From Chiloscyllium plagiosum (taxonomy: Eukaryota), in NCBI RefSeq assembly GCF_004010195.1, contig NC_057718.1:47473340-47517215 (forward strand): DNA of 43,876 nt, given 5' to 3'. The notes below the pieces were generated by a model. That model made no database searches and had not been told where the DNA came from. It worked only from the letters and a program-made list of their open reading frames with translations. Positions within the stretch are counted from its first letter, which is position 1. The number at the start of each line of letters is the position of its first letter. Shown here in pieces: positions 11,140 through 22,559 of this stretch. A program made the translations under genes and the position numbers.

Positions 11140-12150
11140 GTAATTGAACCTGATGTTGAATCCTAAAGGCTGCAGGGTCCCCGAATGGGAAATCCGATGC
11201 TGTTACACTGAGTTTTGCTGGAACACTGTAGCTGGCCTACGGCAAAAATATTCAGCGTGGAACAAGGTGATGTTTTGAAGTGGCAGGCAATTGGAAGCTC
11301 AGGGTCATTTTATTGGACAGAACGTAGGGCTGTGGGGAGGTGTTGGGAGTGGAGGAGGAATGGACCAGAGCATCCTGAGAGAACAATCCCTGTGGAATGC
11401 TGACAGAAGAAGGGAGGGAATATGAGTCAGGTCATGGCATCCCACTGGAGGAGATGGAAATGGCGACATATGATCCTTTGGATGCAGGGGACTGGTGGGG
11501 TGGTAAGTGAGGACCAAGGGGACCCTATTGTTTTTGGAGGAAGGGAAAAGAAGTGGTGAGAGCAAAAGAAGGGAGATGCATTGCCCTGTCAACAATGATA
11601 ACAAGGAATCCTCAGTTGCAGAAAAAGGTGTCATTTCTGAGGGGCTCCCCGTCCTACAAAATGCGAAGGAGACAAACTGGGAGAATAGAATGGAGTCTTT
11701 ATAGGAAGCAGCATGTGAGGATGTACAGTCTAGGTAACTGTGGGAATTTAATTTTGTAGTAGATGTTGTTGGGCAGATTATCCTCAGGGATGGAAACAGA
11801 TCTCAAGGAAGGAATGGGAGGAGTCAGAGATGAACCAGCTGAAGGTGAGAGCAGGGTAGAAATTGGAAGTGAAGTTAATTATTTTTTCCGGTTCAGGATG
11901 AGAGAGGGAAGCAGTTATTGATGTCCTGAAGAAAGTTGTGGGTGGGGGCGAGAGTCAGAATTGGAACAAGGAATATTCCGTGTACACCACAAAGGGACAG
12001 ACATGACTGGGGCCTAGCAGGTAGCCATGGCTACACCTTTGATCTGAACAAAGTGAGAGGTGTTAAAGAAGAAGTTTAAAGTGAGGATGAGCTCGGTGGA
12101 CGGAGGGTGGTGATGGTTGGGGATGATTCAGATCTTTTTCTCCAGGATGC
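11140..12150 (-). mobile_element. Older degenerate Penelope-like element
   Basis: NNRVPLVLTYHPTS motif plus sequence similar to 110-667; heavily mutated. Confidence 0.75.
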
Positions 12151-12164
12151 AGTAGAGGTCTTCA

Positions 12165-13360
12165 AATGAAGCCTCAGCCTTCTCTAATAGGTTTAACATT
12201 CTTGCTTCCTCTGTGGACAAGAGGAGGGTCTATCGGGAAGATGAGCAAACTAGCTATAGCACCATGATACAGGGAGTCATTCCAGGTGAGGGAGAAAAGA
12301 GAAATATAGTCCCAAAGGCTGTGTTACCTGAAGCCCAGGTTCAGATTATCTCATCTGGGCTGCAACATGGAATAGGAGGGCAAAGTCCAGTTATCTGCAC
12401 CATGTAAGTACCAATAATATAGATAGAAAGAGGTTCTGATAAGGTAATATAAGAAGCTAGGGATTTAATTAAAAGGCAGAACCATAAAAGTAGAGCCATA
12501 AGCTAAGGATCAATAAGATTAGAGATAACCATATACCTCAAAGATTGGTGAGTTAAAAATGAGAGAAATTCATGGAATATCAGCACTAGTACTGGGTGAG
12601 GAGGGAGCTGTTTCGATGGGATGGGCTCCACTTGAATCATGCTCGGTCAGGAGTTCTAGCAAATTGTGTAAAGAGGGCTATGGATAGGGCTGTAAACTAA
12701 ATAGTTTGGAGCGGGAGGAGGTGACAGGTGCATGGAAACTTATGGAAAACTTCAAGGAGAAGAGGGCTCAGCAGAGGCTAAGTTTCCAGAACAAGTAATA
12801 GGACAGAATATGAAAAGGGTCAGGAGTCTAACATCAAGCACAGCAGATAGAGGGGCAATTGACAGGGATGAGGGCTGTTCAATGCAGATCTGAGGGTGTT
12901 GCACACATTATATGAAACAAAGTAAATGATTTTGTAGCACAGATTGAAATTGGTGAGTATAATGTTGTGGGCATCAGAGAAGTGGCTGCAAAGGGATCAG
13001 GGCTAGGAACTAAATTTCCAAGGATACGAGTCCTACCAAAAGAACAGGTAAATGGGAAGAGGGGGCAGGATTGCCTTATTAGTAAGCAATAAAATTAAAT
13101 CAATAGCAAGACGTGATATAGAATCAAAGGCATAGAGTCTGTGTGGTTAGAGTTGAGGAGCCGCAAAGGAAAAAAACCCTAATGGGAGTTATGTACAGGC
13201 CTCCTAGCAGTAGTGAGGTGATGCAGAAGAAAATAAATCAGGAGATAGAAAAGGCATGTAAGAAAGGCACTATTACAATAATTACCAGGACTCCAATATG
13301 AGAACTGGGAAAATCAGGTTGATAGCAGGTCTCAAAAAAAAACCCACAGAATATCTACGA
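12165..13360 (+). mobile_element. CR1-like LINE fragment: ORF1 esterase region into ORF2 AP-endonuclease
   Basis: ORF1-like RWDGLHLN region (about 12613-12640), then endonuclease-like segments (..GGRIALLV, ESVWLELR, GVMYRPP) with frameshifts. Confidence 0.75.
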
Positions 13361-13499
13361 GAACCCATCTGCCCACGAATCAGTTTAAAGCCCTATCTAC
13401 AGCCCCAGTTATGTGATTTGCCAGGACTCTGTTCCCAGCATGACTCAGGTAGAGCTCACTCCATTGGAACATCTCTCGCCTTCCCCAGTACTGGTGCCA

Positions 13500-14020
13500 A
13501 TGTCTCATGAATTCAAACCCGTTTCTCCCACACCAAGCTTTCAGTCATGTTGACCACATGCCAAAATGCTCATGGCTCAGAAAGTAATCCAGAGATCATT
13601 ATCTTTTTGGTTCTGCTTTTTAATTAAACCTTTAGCTGATCATATTTCCTCTGTAGAACCTCTTTCCTCTTCCTACCTATATCTTTCCCCTCCTACTCCA
13701 AGTTCCACTACAGGCAGAGGAGAACAGTGTCTATTTTCCTGACTATACTACCCCTGATTACAACTACATTTCTCGTATCTCCCCCACCGCTGACCACCAT
13801 CTTAGTTCGCTCATCCTCCCTGTAGCCCCCATTCACATCCACATAGGGAGCAAGAATCTCAAACCTATTCGAAAAGCTCAAGGGCTGAGGCTGCTTCAGC
13901 ACTACCTCCCGGATCCTTCTACCTGCCCCGGTCATAGACACATCCTCCTGTCCTGACCACTACTGAATTTGAGATAGTGAATCTAAGGGTTGTGACTATT
14001 TCTGAAACAGCGTCCATAAT
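13500..14020 (-). mobile_element. CR1-like LINE ORF1 fragment (SGNH esterase start)
   Basis: PLSFSNRFEIL...RNVVVIRGSIVRKIDTVL (a degenerate GDS motif). Confidence 0.75.
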
Positions 14021-14221
14021 GTGTACGGAAGCTGTCACTGGTCATTTTGGTCCTTCCTTGAGGTCCAATCTAAAGTACCATGATCAACTGATACAGCAAC
14101 TTCCAAAACATACAAAGTAACCTCTCAGCATACTCCCGGGAACAAATCCTTTACAACTAGCACATAAGAAAGCAGCTGTGAAAATGAATTCCAAATATTT
14201 GTGATATCCTTTTCGGAACTG

Positions 14222-14442
14222 TTGTTGTGTCGCCATAGTCTTACCAGACCATAGGGGCTGCTCTCACATTAGAGTGAAGCGACTGGTGATTTAACCTGAG
14301 GGCCACCAGACCTCAGCTGAAGGAAGAGGTTGAGAAGAAGAGCCCTTCACAGTAACCTCAAACCAGTGATGGGAATTGAACCCAAGATGTTAGCATCACA
14401 TTGCTCTACAAACCAACAATCCAGCCAAATGAGCTAAACTAA
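14222..14442 (-). mobile_element. tRNA-derived SINE, different from HE1
   Basis: Minus-strand head tttagctcatttggctgg...gggttcaattccc (A and B boxes) followed by a distinct body; a more degraded similar piece lies at about 14610-14720. Confidence 0.65.
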
Positions 14443-15320
14443 TTCCCCACTTCAGAACTATGGCACTGTAAACTAAATTTGGATTGTGTAGCCTGAACTG
14501 ATCTGTTGCACATAATTTCTCAGTGCACTCATGTTTGATTCAGCCAGCTATTCCATTCCATGAATGCTCTGCTGTTGCTTCACCTTTGAGCTGTTTTCCT
14601 TGCTAGTTTCTGTCAGTGGTAGTTTGCCATTACATTCCACTTCCAGGGAAGGGTGAGGAGGCAGGTCCTTAATCTAATTCAACAAGAACAATCAATTAAT
14701 CCATACTGTTGGCATTAATCTGAACTACACACTATCTCATGAACCATGTTGTTTCCCTCCCACCCCTAACCTATACTGTTGACGCCTTTGCCAGAGGCAG
14801 CTTCTAATGTTGCAATTAACTCACTTTGCTATAATTCTTGAGTTCAAGACATAACATTTAAAATGATAAAACTGCATTAATATTTTATTGTTTCAGGGAT
14901 GGAAATTCAAACAGCATTAGACCCAAAGCACTCCAATCAAATTGGAAGCTGGCAGGTTGGAGCCAGTTTCTTAACATGATGTTGGTTTTGCTGGTTTTAA
15001 TCTTTTCCAAACCTGACTCAAATACCCACAGTCTTTCATGTTAAAATTCTACCCAATGACAGAGGTCAATTTTGATTTTGAAATACTCAGTTCCTTTATG
15101 TTAGGTTTTACAAATCTGCATGTGCAGCATATCTTGGTATGGAATTTTCCTGCCTAGCTTTCTGTCCATCAGTTTTAACTTTAGAAAACTAAAGAGAGAG
15201 CTGTGTGCCAAATAATGTGCTGCCCTTGTACAAACCTCAATCATGAAAGTGCTGATTTATGAAATTTATCCATTTTTAGATTGAGTAATTTCCCTTTTCA
15301 GGTATAAATCTTATCTCATC

Positions 15321-15390
15321 ATGAAACATTAACTTTGTTTCTCTCTCCACAGATGCTGTTAGACCTGCTGCGTTTCTCCTGCAATCTCAA
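15321..15390 (+). repeat. Short PLE-tail fragment (post-hammerhead segment)
   Basis: gaaacattaactttgtttctctctccacagatgctgttagacctgctg; same family as the 20237-20430 arms and 30451-30560. Confidence 0.7.
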
Positions 15391-15689
15391 TGCTTGCTTA
15401 AGTATATAATTGTAGGAGCTGCTGGTTTAACTCAAGGAAGAGCTTAAATCCAGGCTGAGTTCACAACCTGCCTGCCCTTTCCATTGCTATTTCCAGTTGC
15501 TGACTGCCTGCAAGAAGGAAAACTACTGGATCCATTTCAATAAGGAACCGTTGATGGAAAATGACCTCTTAATACCTCAAACTGAGCTGGTCCAAGGGTT
15601 TTTTGCACCTAGTATGTTGAATACCAAGTAAATACAAGGAAAATCTCATTCACGCCTTCTTAACTTTTCTCTTTACTTAATGTGGGGGT

Positions 15690-17588
15690 GGGCACCAAAA
15701 TCCTAGCTGTCCTAAGGCGCCAATAAATCCTTGGACTAACTGTGAGTATTGGGCTCAGTATTTCTTTTTGCCGGTTGTTTTTATTTTTTTTACTTTTCCT
15801 TTAATCCTAGTGCAATTAGAACATTGAGAAATTTGCTTTCACAAGTTGGATGGTGAGTTTATAGACACAGAGTGTTGAAGCTATTTGTTTTATTGAGTTG
15901 GCATCTGTCCATAAAAGAACAAAGGCATTTTTAACTGTTATAAGCTATGGTCCCCACAACTGAAACTAAAACAGTCAAGAGAAGTTGAAGAGCATTGGAC
16001 ATGTTGGGCAAGTTGTTTGTGTTCAGAAATTATTTCCAGTACATTTTAAGTTGCAAAATATTTTGGAAGTCATTATGAAAAAGCTTTCAGTTCATTGAGC
16101 ATATCTATTGCATCACTATATTTTGAAATTTGTTGGTATGGAACTCCACCACCAAGCAATGTTCTAATGTTATTTTAAAGTTTTAGATTGCAAACTGTGC
16201 ATGTCATTTGAGGAAACCAAATATTGAATCAAGCTGTTGTATCTGCTCAATTTGTTGTTGACTGTCTGGATTGCATTTAGAACTGAAAATAGAAGTTTAA
16301 TTTGGGTTTCTGTTTTGGATCCTGAACTAAATTATCATTTGCTGCATCTCTGAACTGTTGCTTCTTTATCCAAATGCATGCCAGTTTGAAGTCTGACGGT
16401 TCAAATTCCTCAGCAAATTCATGAACATCTCGCACTATCTTTTCAAACACTTTATTCCTGCATTCCCTGAGGGAAGTCATGTCTGTTGGAGCTATTGTTT
16501 GGCAGAATGTATGTCAAAGTCCTTTGCCTGAATTTTCTTACTGATATGCTTCTCAAACAAATGAGCAAAACTATATAGTTGAACATGCAAAGACAATTTG
16601 CATAAGGTTCTGCATTTACACATGCCTTATACCTGAAGATCCTGTTGGGGTAGTATAATAAGAAATTTCAATTAGTGCATGATTGTTCATACTGAAGGTG
16701 CCTCATGGCATCAACTTAACTTTCCCGTCATATTTGACTGAATGTTTCAGAGTTAGGTAATGCAGATGGACACAAATTTCCTAACAATGTGTTGAACTTT
16801 AAAACATCGTGTTGCCGAATAAACTATTTGCCTCCAAACAACATCTGGCAGCATCATTGATGACTAAATTCCAGCAATGTGTACTGCAATGGTCAAAACG
16901 CACCTAATAATTCATTTTTTTTGTACTTTTTAAAATTTTAATTTTTTTTAACCTTTCATATTCCTCCCATTACCATAGTTTTGGCTATGCAAGTTCTCAA
17001 TAGGTAAGGACATTCCTACAATCTTTTGGAGAATACATGAATCATTAAAGCACTCCTTCTACGGTACAAATACAAAAAAACGTTTCTTAATGATCGTTTC
17101 TGCGTTATCCTCAACTGGAGATGTTAATGCATCCACAAAGCAAATGATTATTGTATCCTGCTTGATACAATTCACATCTGGTGTATAGTCCAGATTTATT
17201 GAAATGTAAGCTGTCTTTAGTTTGGTGTTATGAACTGCTTCCAACTTGATGTTGGTCAAATCGAACATGCTTGAGAACAAAACCTTTTTGCTATGCTTGT
17301 TCGATAACCTGCTCAGCTTTCCTTCTATTTTACTGAGCTCTGGTTTCTTTTTATCTGCCACTGTGCTACTTTTCTGAAAAAAAAATTAAGCAGCTCTTTC
17401 AACTAAACATTACAACAACGTGAAATACATAATTCAACTCCTGACATGGTAACAAAGCACTGCAATTTTGTTTCAAAGTAATAGCCTACTAAAATTTTTC
17501 AAAGAAAAATTGGACTTTTAATTTGTCTCCCCTTAAAGACGTGTCCTCGGCGACTGCTTAATTTACCCATAGGGCTGGGCTGGCCCTG
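15690..17588 (-). mobile_element. Decayed hAT DNA transposon (ZMYM1-like transposase)
   Basis: Minus strand: LPIENLHSQNYGNGRNMKG (GQGYD.G.NM motif), HCSTHCWNLVINDAARCCLEANSLFG (CxxH motif), PNMSNALQLLLTV..GDHSL (dimerization region). GC-rich TIR-like end CAGGGCCAGCCC at 17577-17588; the left end is uncertain. Confidence 0.82.
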
Positions 17589-18199
17589 ACATCATTATAA
17601 ATGACAAGTTTTGTTGAATCCAATTGTCTTTCTTGTCTGGTCTTGCTTAACTTCCTAGACATTTATGAGAGTGTACAGACTGTGAAGCAATTTTCCTGTG
17701 GTTTTAAGAAACTCCATTTTTGATTTCAGCATCATGGATTTTTCTGGGATTTGAACAAAAAACTAGAACTGAGGGAACACCCTTTGGTCTAACCCAATAA
17801 GGAAGTAAAACAGAAAAGGACCAAATCAAACAATATCTCGCAATCTGAGACTTAAGAAAGGAAGAGCACCATAATTTAAATTCACGCATTCGCTCTTTCC
17901 TTTGTGACCCAGGTAATATATATTTAAGGAATGTTTTGAGGCTTGATATTGGGCCCAAGAAATTTTATGGCAAAGGAACAAAGTTAAAACATTGAGGATG
18001 TTTAGTAATTTTTAAAAAAACCATTCTAAACTAATTAAATACAAAAATATACACTATTTGCTAATTCCAGCATTTCACAATGTAATCTCCTGAACCACTC
18101 TGATCACAATCTGAACCATCAAACAATTCATCCAATAGTCTGAATGTAAAATGCCATCACATGGATATTTCTGGTCTTCACCATTATCATTTATTGTAT

Positions 18200-19041
18200 C
18201 ACAGAATTCCCACAGCATGGAAGCAGGCCATTCAGCACATTGAAATGGTTCATAAAAGATTTACAAGGATGTTGCCATGTTTGGAGGGTTTGAACTATAG
18301 GGAGATGCTGAATAGGTTGGGACCATTTTCCCTGGAGCACTGGAGGCTAAGGGATGACCTTATTGAGGTTTATAAAATCATGAGAGGCATGGATAGGGCA
18401 AATAAACAAGGTCTTTTCCCTGAGGTGAGGGAATCCAAAACTAGAGGGCATAGATTTAAGGTGAGAGGGGAAAGATTTAAAAGGAACCTGAGGGGTAACT
18501 TTTTCACACAGACGGTGGATGGGGGTGGGAGGTTTACGGAATGAACTGCCAGGGGAACTGGAGGATGCTGGCACAATGACAACATTTCAAAGCATCTGGA
18601 TGGGTACATGAATAGAAAAGGTTTAGAGAGATATGGGCCAACTGCTGGCAAATGGGACTAGATTAATTTAGGATATCTGGTAGCATAGATGAGTTGGACC
18701 TAAGGGTCTGTTTCCATGCTGTGTATCTCTATTACCCCATATCTCTAAGTCCACACTGGACCCTCCGAAGAACATCCCAGCCCCCTACCCTATCTCTGAA
18801 ATCCTGCAATTCCCATGGCTAATCTACCGAGGCTGCATATCCTTGGACACTATGGGTAATTTGGCATGGCCAATCCACCTAACCTGCACACCTTCAGACT
18901 GAGGGAGGAACCTGGAACATCCAGAGTAAAACCACGCAGACCCAGGGAGAATGTGGAAACTCCACACAGGCAGTTTCCTGTGGATAGAATTGAATCTGGG
19001 TCTCTGGTGCTAAGAGGCAGCAGGGTTAACAACTGAGTCAT
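18200..19041 (-). mobile_element. HE1-like SINE split by a CR1-like LINE insertion (SINE parts about 18200-18239 and 18747-19041)
   Basis: The tail cccacagcatggaagcaggccattcagc stops at about 18239 and resumes as aagtccacac..ccctccgaag at about 18747; tRNA-like head near 18985-19040. Confidence 0.8.
18240..18746 (+). mobile_element. CR1-like LINE 3' fragment
   Basis: EMVHKRFTRMLP..LNYREMLNRLG.FSLE..RLRDDLIEVYKIMRG..TRGHRFKV; 3' end similar to 5540-6207. Confidence 0.9.
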
Positions 19042-19721
19042 GAGTAACTGTCTTTGGTATTCCATGTTTAGAACATTTTTTGAGAACATAGGCATAATGC
19101 TCATTGAACAAGTCTGTGACCCATTGGCAATGTTGTTATTGAGGGTGCTTACATATTTCTGCTTTCAGTGAATGAATTTTCACCTTCCAACAGGGAATTA
19201 TTTCAAATCATTCAGATATTGTCCTTGAGAGGTTTGTTTATATATACATTCAAGGACCGAACTACACATATAAACCTACATTTCCATGTCATTGTTGGTC
19301 GATCTCCAGTCATCAAGTGGGATTTGAGTAATGAAGTGGGATTTGAATATGCCCCAGCCAAGCAAATTGTGTAGATCTGCTCATCTCAATTTCTATATTG
19401 CTGAAGTTCATTGAATGAAATTGTCTTCATCAAGCCAGCCACACTTATGAAAGTAGATGATAAAGTCTTTTTGAATTTCTCTTTGAGAGCATTGAACTTG
19501 AATGTTACCATTTGCTTTAATTTTGTGCCACCTACAATGACATTCAAATGGAATGACTGTGAGCTATGCTTTTGCATGGCCAGTGGTTTAGATTTTTTTT
19601 AAAATCAACCTTGGCAAAAGTCTTTTTCATTGGCATATTAACATTTATTAGTGCTTCATTTATAGTTCAAATGTTGGACAAAAATAATGACACAATTTTT
19701 ACTTGACTTCAGATGATAATT

Positions 19722-19831
19722 GTCGAGAGTGTGACGCTGGAAAAGCACAGCAGGTCAGACAGCATCCATGGAGTAGGGGAAATCGACTTTTCGGGCACAA
19801 GTCCTTCATCAGGAATGAGGCTCACTTTCTC
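19722..19831 (-). mobile_element. 110-bp stand-alone PLE-tail insertion containing a minimal hammerhead motif, 15-bp TSD
   Basis: Minus strand: ATTC-CTGATGA-A-GGACTTGTGCCC-GAAA-AGTC-GATT...gtgcttttccagc. Flanked by CTTCAGATGATAATT (19707-19721) and CTTCAGATGACAATT (19832-19846). Confidence 0.85.
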
Positions 19832-20236
19832 CTTCAGATGACAATTATTGAATTCCATTGTTTTATTAAGTGCAGGTAGCAGATGCATGTGTTATTTGTG
19901 CTTCCTAATAGGTGTTAAATTGCATCTTTTCCTTGATCTTGTGCATCACCAAGCACTAGTCTCACATTCTGAAATATCATTGCTTTTCTTCTGAGGACAG
20001 TGTTTCATAGGTGATAATGCAATCATAAGACTGATACTTGTTAACCCAATCTGTCACAACTTTCTTCAGTTAAATTTCCCAAAGAATGACAAGCATGTAG
20101 CTCAAAAGTACTGTTACAGGACTAACATGTACTAATTGATCTGTCAATTAGCTAGAAGATTGCTGGTAGAATTGGCAAAGGAGAAATGTAATGGTCCTTG
20201 CATGTGCCTTTAATTAATTAATAAACCATAGTAATT

Positions 20237-20430
20237 AAAACACAAATTGCTAGAGAAATTCAGCAGGCATGGCAGCATCTGTTCAAAGAAACAAGGGTTA
20301 ATGTTTTGAGGCTAGTGACCCTTCTTCAGAATCTTGAAACATTAACTCTTTCTCTCCAAGATGCTGCTGGTCCTGCTCAGTTTCTCCAGTAATTTGTTTT
20401 TGTTTCAGCATCAACATGTGTTTTTCTTGC
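20237..20430. mobile_element. Foldback PLE-tail mini element with a degenerate hammerhead
   Basis: Arms about 20242-20306 and 20337-20397 are imperfect reverse complements. Minus strand has CTGAAGA-AGGGTCACTAGCCTC-AAAA-CATTAAC. AGTAATT is repeated at 20230-20236 and 20431-20437. Confidence 0.75.
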
Positions 20431-21321
20431 AGTAATTGGTCATCACAACACAGCCTGCATCCTCACATTTACTGTAAACTTGCACACAAGGTATTTGACA
20501 TAATTTGAAAAGGACAAAAGTCATGGGGTAAGCTTTCACTTTAATGTATACAGTACTTGGGACTGTACCCCCACCAGTCATTCATAGAGGGGTATTGTGG
20601 GATAGTACTCTACAATAGTCAGTTCCTGAGGAGCCTGGTTGCTAGAAAGAAACAAAGAAAAGAATACAAGGTTCAGGTGTGCAATGAAATGATACTACTG
20701 ATTATTTATAAGCACAATGATCTCCACAAACAGGCAGTTATAAAATTAGAGTCATACAGCAGGGAAACAGTCTATGCCGAATATAATCCCAAACTAAACT
20801 AGTCCCACCTGCCTGCTCCTGGCTCATATCCTTCCAAAGCTTCCTTTTCATATATTTATCCAAATGTCTCTTAAAAAGTTGTAATTGTACCCACATTCAC
20901 CACTTCAAGTTCATTCCACTCATGAACCATACTGTCTTTAAAAAATTGCCCTCATGTCTTTTTTAAATCTCTCACTTTAGAAATGTGCCCCCTAGTCTTG
21001 AAATGCCCCATCCTAAAGATAAGATAATTACCATTAATCTGACCTATACCACTCATTATTTTATAAACTTCTGCAAGCTCACCTCTCAACCTGTTATGCT
21101 CCAGCAAAAAATATTCCAGTTTATCCAGCCTTTCTTTATAACTCAACCCTTCTTTACCCAGCAACATTCTCGTAAACCTCTTCTGTACCCTCTTCAGCTA
21201 AATAATATCCTTTCTATGACTGGGCAACCAGAATGGATTGCAGTATTCCAGAAGAGGCCTTGCCAATGTCCTGTACAACCTCAAAATGACATTCCAGCTC
21301 CTATACTCAAAGGATTGAACA

Positions 21322-21545
21322 ATGAAGATAATGTAACTGCCTTTTTAATCACCCTGTCTATACGTGATGCAAACTTCAAAAGAATTATGTGCCGAATTCC
21401 TAGATCCCTCTGTTCTACAACACTACCCAAGGCTATGAAGATAATGTAACTGCCTTTTTAATCACCGTCTATACGTGATGCAAACTTCAAAAGAATTATG
21501 TGCCCGAATTCCTAGATCCCTCTGTTCTACAACACTACCCAAGGC
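21322..21545 (+). repeat. Direct tandem duplication, 2 x about 112 bp
   Basis: atgaagataatgtaactgcc...cactacccaaggct at 21322-21434 and again from 21435; the copies differ only by small indels. Confidence 0.95.
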
Positions 21546-22202
21546 TTTACCATTAACTGTATAACACCTATCTTTACTTGTTGTACCAAAATGCAATACC
21601 TCACATTTATCCAGACTGAACTCTGTCATTTTTCATCCCATTGATCCATTTGATCACGATCCCTTTGTAATCTTAGAAAATCACCTTCATTACTTACTAT
21701 GCCACCAATTTTAGTGTCGACTGCAAAATTACTAGCCGTGCCTTTTATATTCTCATCCAGATTGTTTATATAAATGACAAACGAAAGAGGACCCAGACCT
21801 GATCCCTGTGGAACACCACTGGTGACAGGCCTCCAGTCCAAAATGCAACCCAGCACCGTTACCTTTCTAGTGCTGTTAAGCCAATTATGTATCCAAATGG
21901 CAAGCTCACCTTGAATCACATGTGATCTAAACTTAGACTAATTAGTCTATCATATGGAATCTTGTTGAAGGCTTTACTGAATTATAAATAAACAAGCACT
22001 ACTGTTCTGCCCTCAATCTTTTTGGTAACTTTTTCAAAAATACTCAAGTTTGCGAGACACTATTTTCCTTACACAAAAGCATGCTGACTATCCCTAATCA
22101 ATTTTTGCCTCTCGAAATGTCCATAAATCTTCTCTTCTAAAATCACCTTCAACAACTTATCTACAACCTAAATCTGATTCACAGGTCTACAGTCCCCTGG
22201 TT

Positions 22203-22559
22203 TCTTCTTATAAACTTTCTTAAACAGAGACAATTAGCCACCCTCCAATCATCAGGCACCTCAACCAAAGTTATAGATGATATAAATATTTCTGCAAGGG
22301 GGTCTCGCAATATCCTCCCTTACTTCCCACAATGCTCTGGTTTACATTTGATCAGGTCCCAGAGATTTATCCATCTTTACATCTTCTTATAAACTTTCTT
22401 AAACAGAGACAATTAGCCACCCTCCAATCATCAGGCACCTCAACCAAAGTTATAGATGATAAAAATATTTCTGCAAGGGGTCTCGCAATATCCTCCCTTA
22501 CTTCCCACAATGCTCTGGTTTACATTTGATCATGTCCCAGAGATTTATCCATCTTTACA
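22203..22559 (+). repeat. Direct tandem duplication, 2 x about 179 bp
   Basis: tcttcttataaactttc...ccatctttaca at 22203-22381 and 22382-22559; two substitutions and one homopolymer indel. Confidence 0.95.

Noticed and set aside
21322..22559. CRISPR-like or satellite array
   Set aside because: These are simple two-copy tandem duplications without spacers in eukaryotic LINE DNA.
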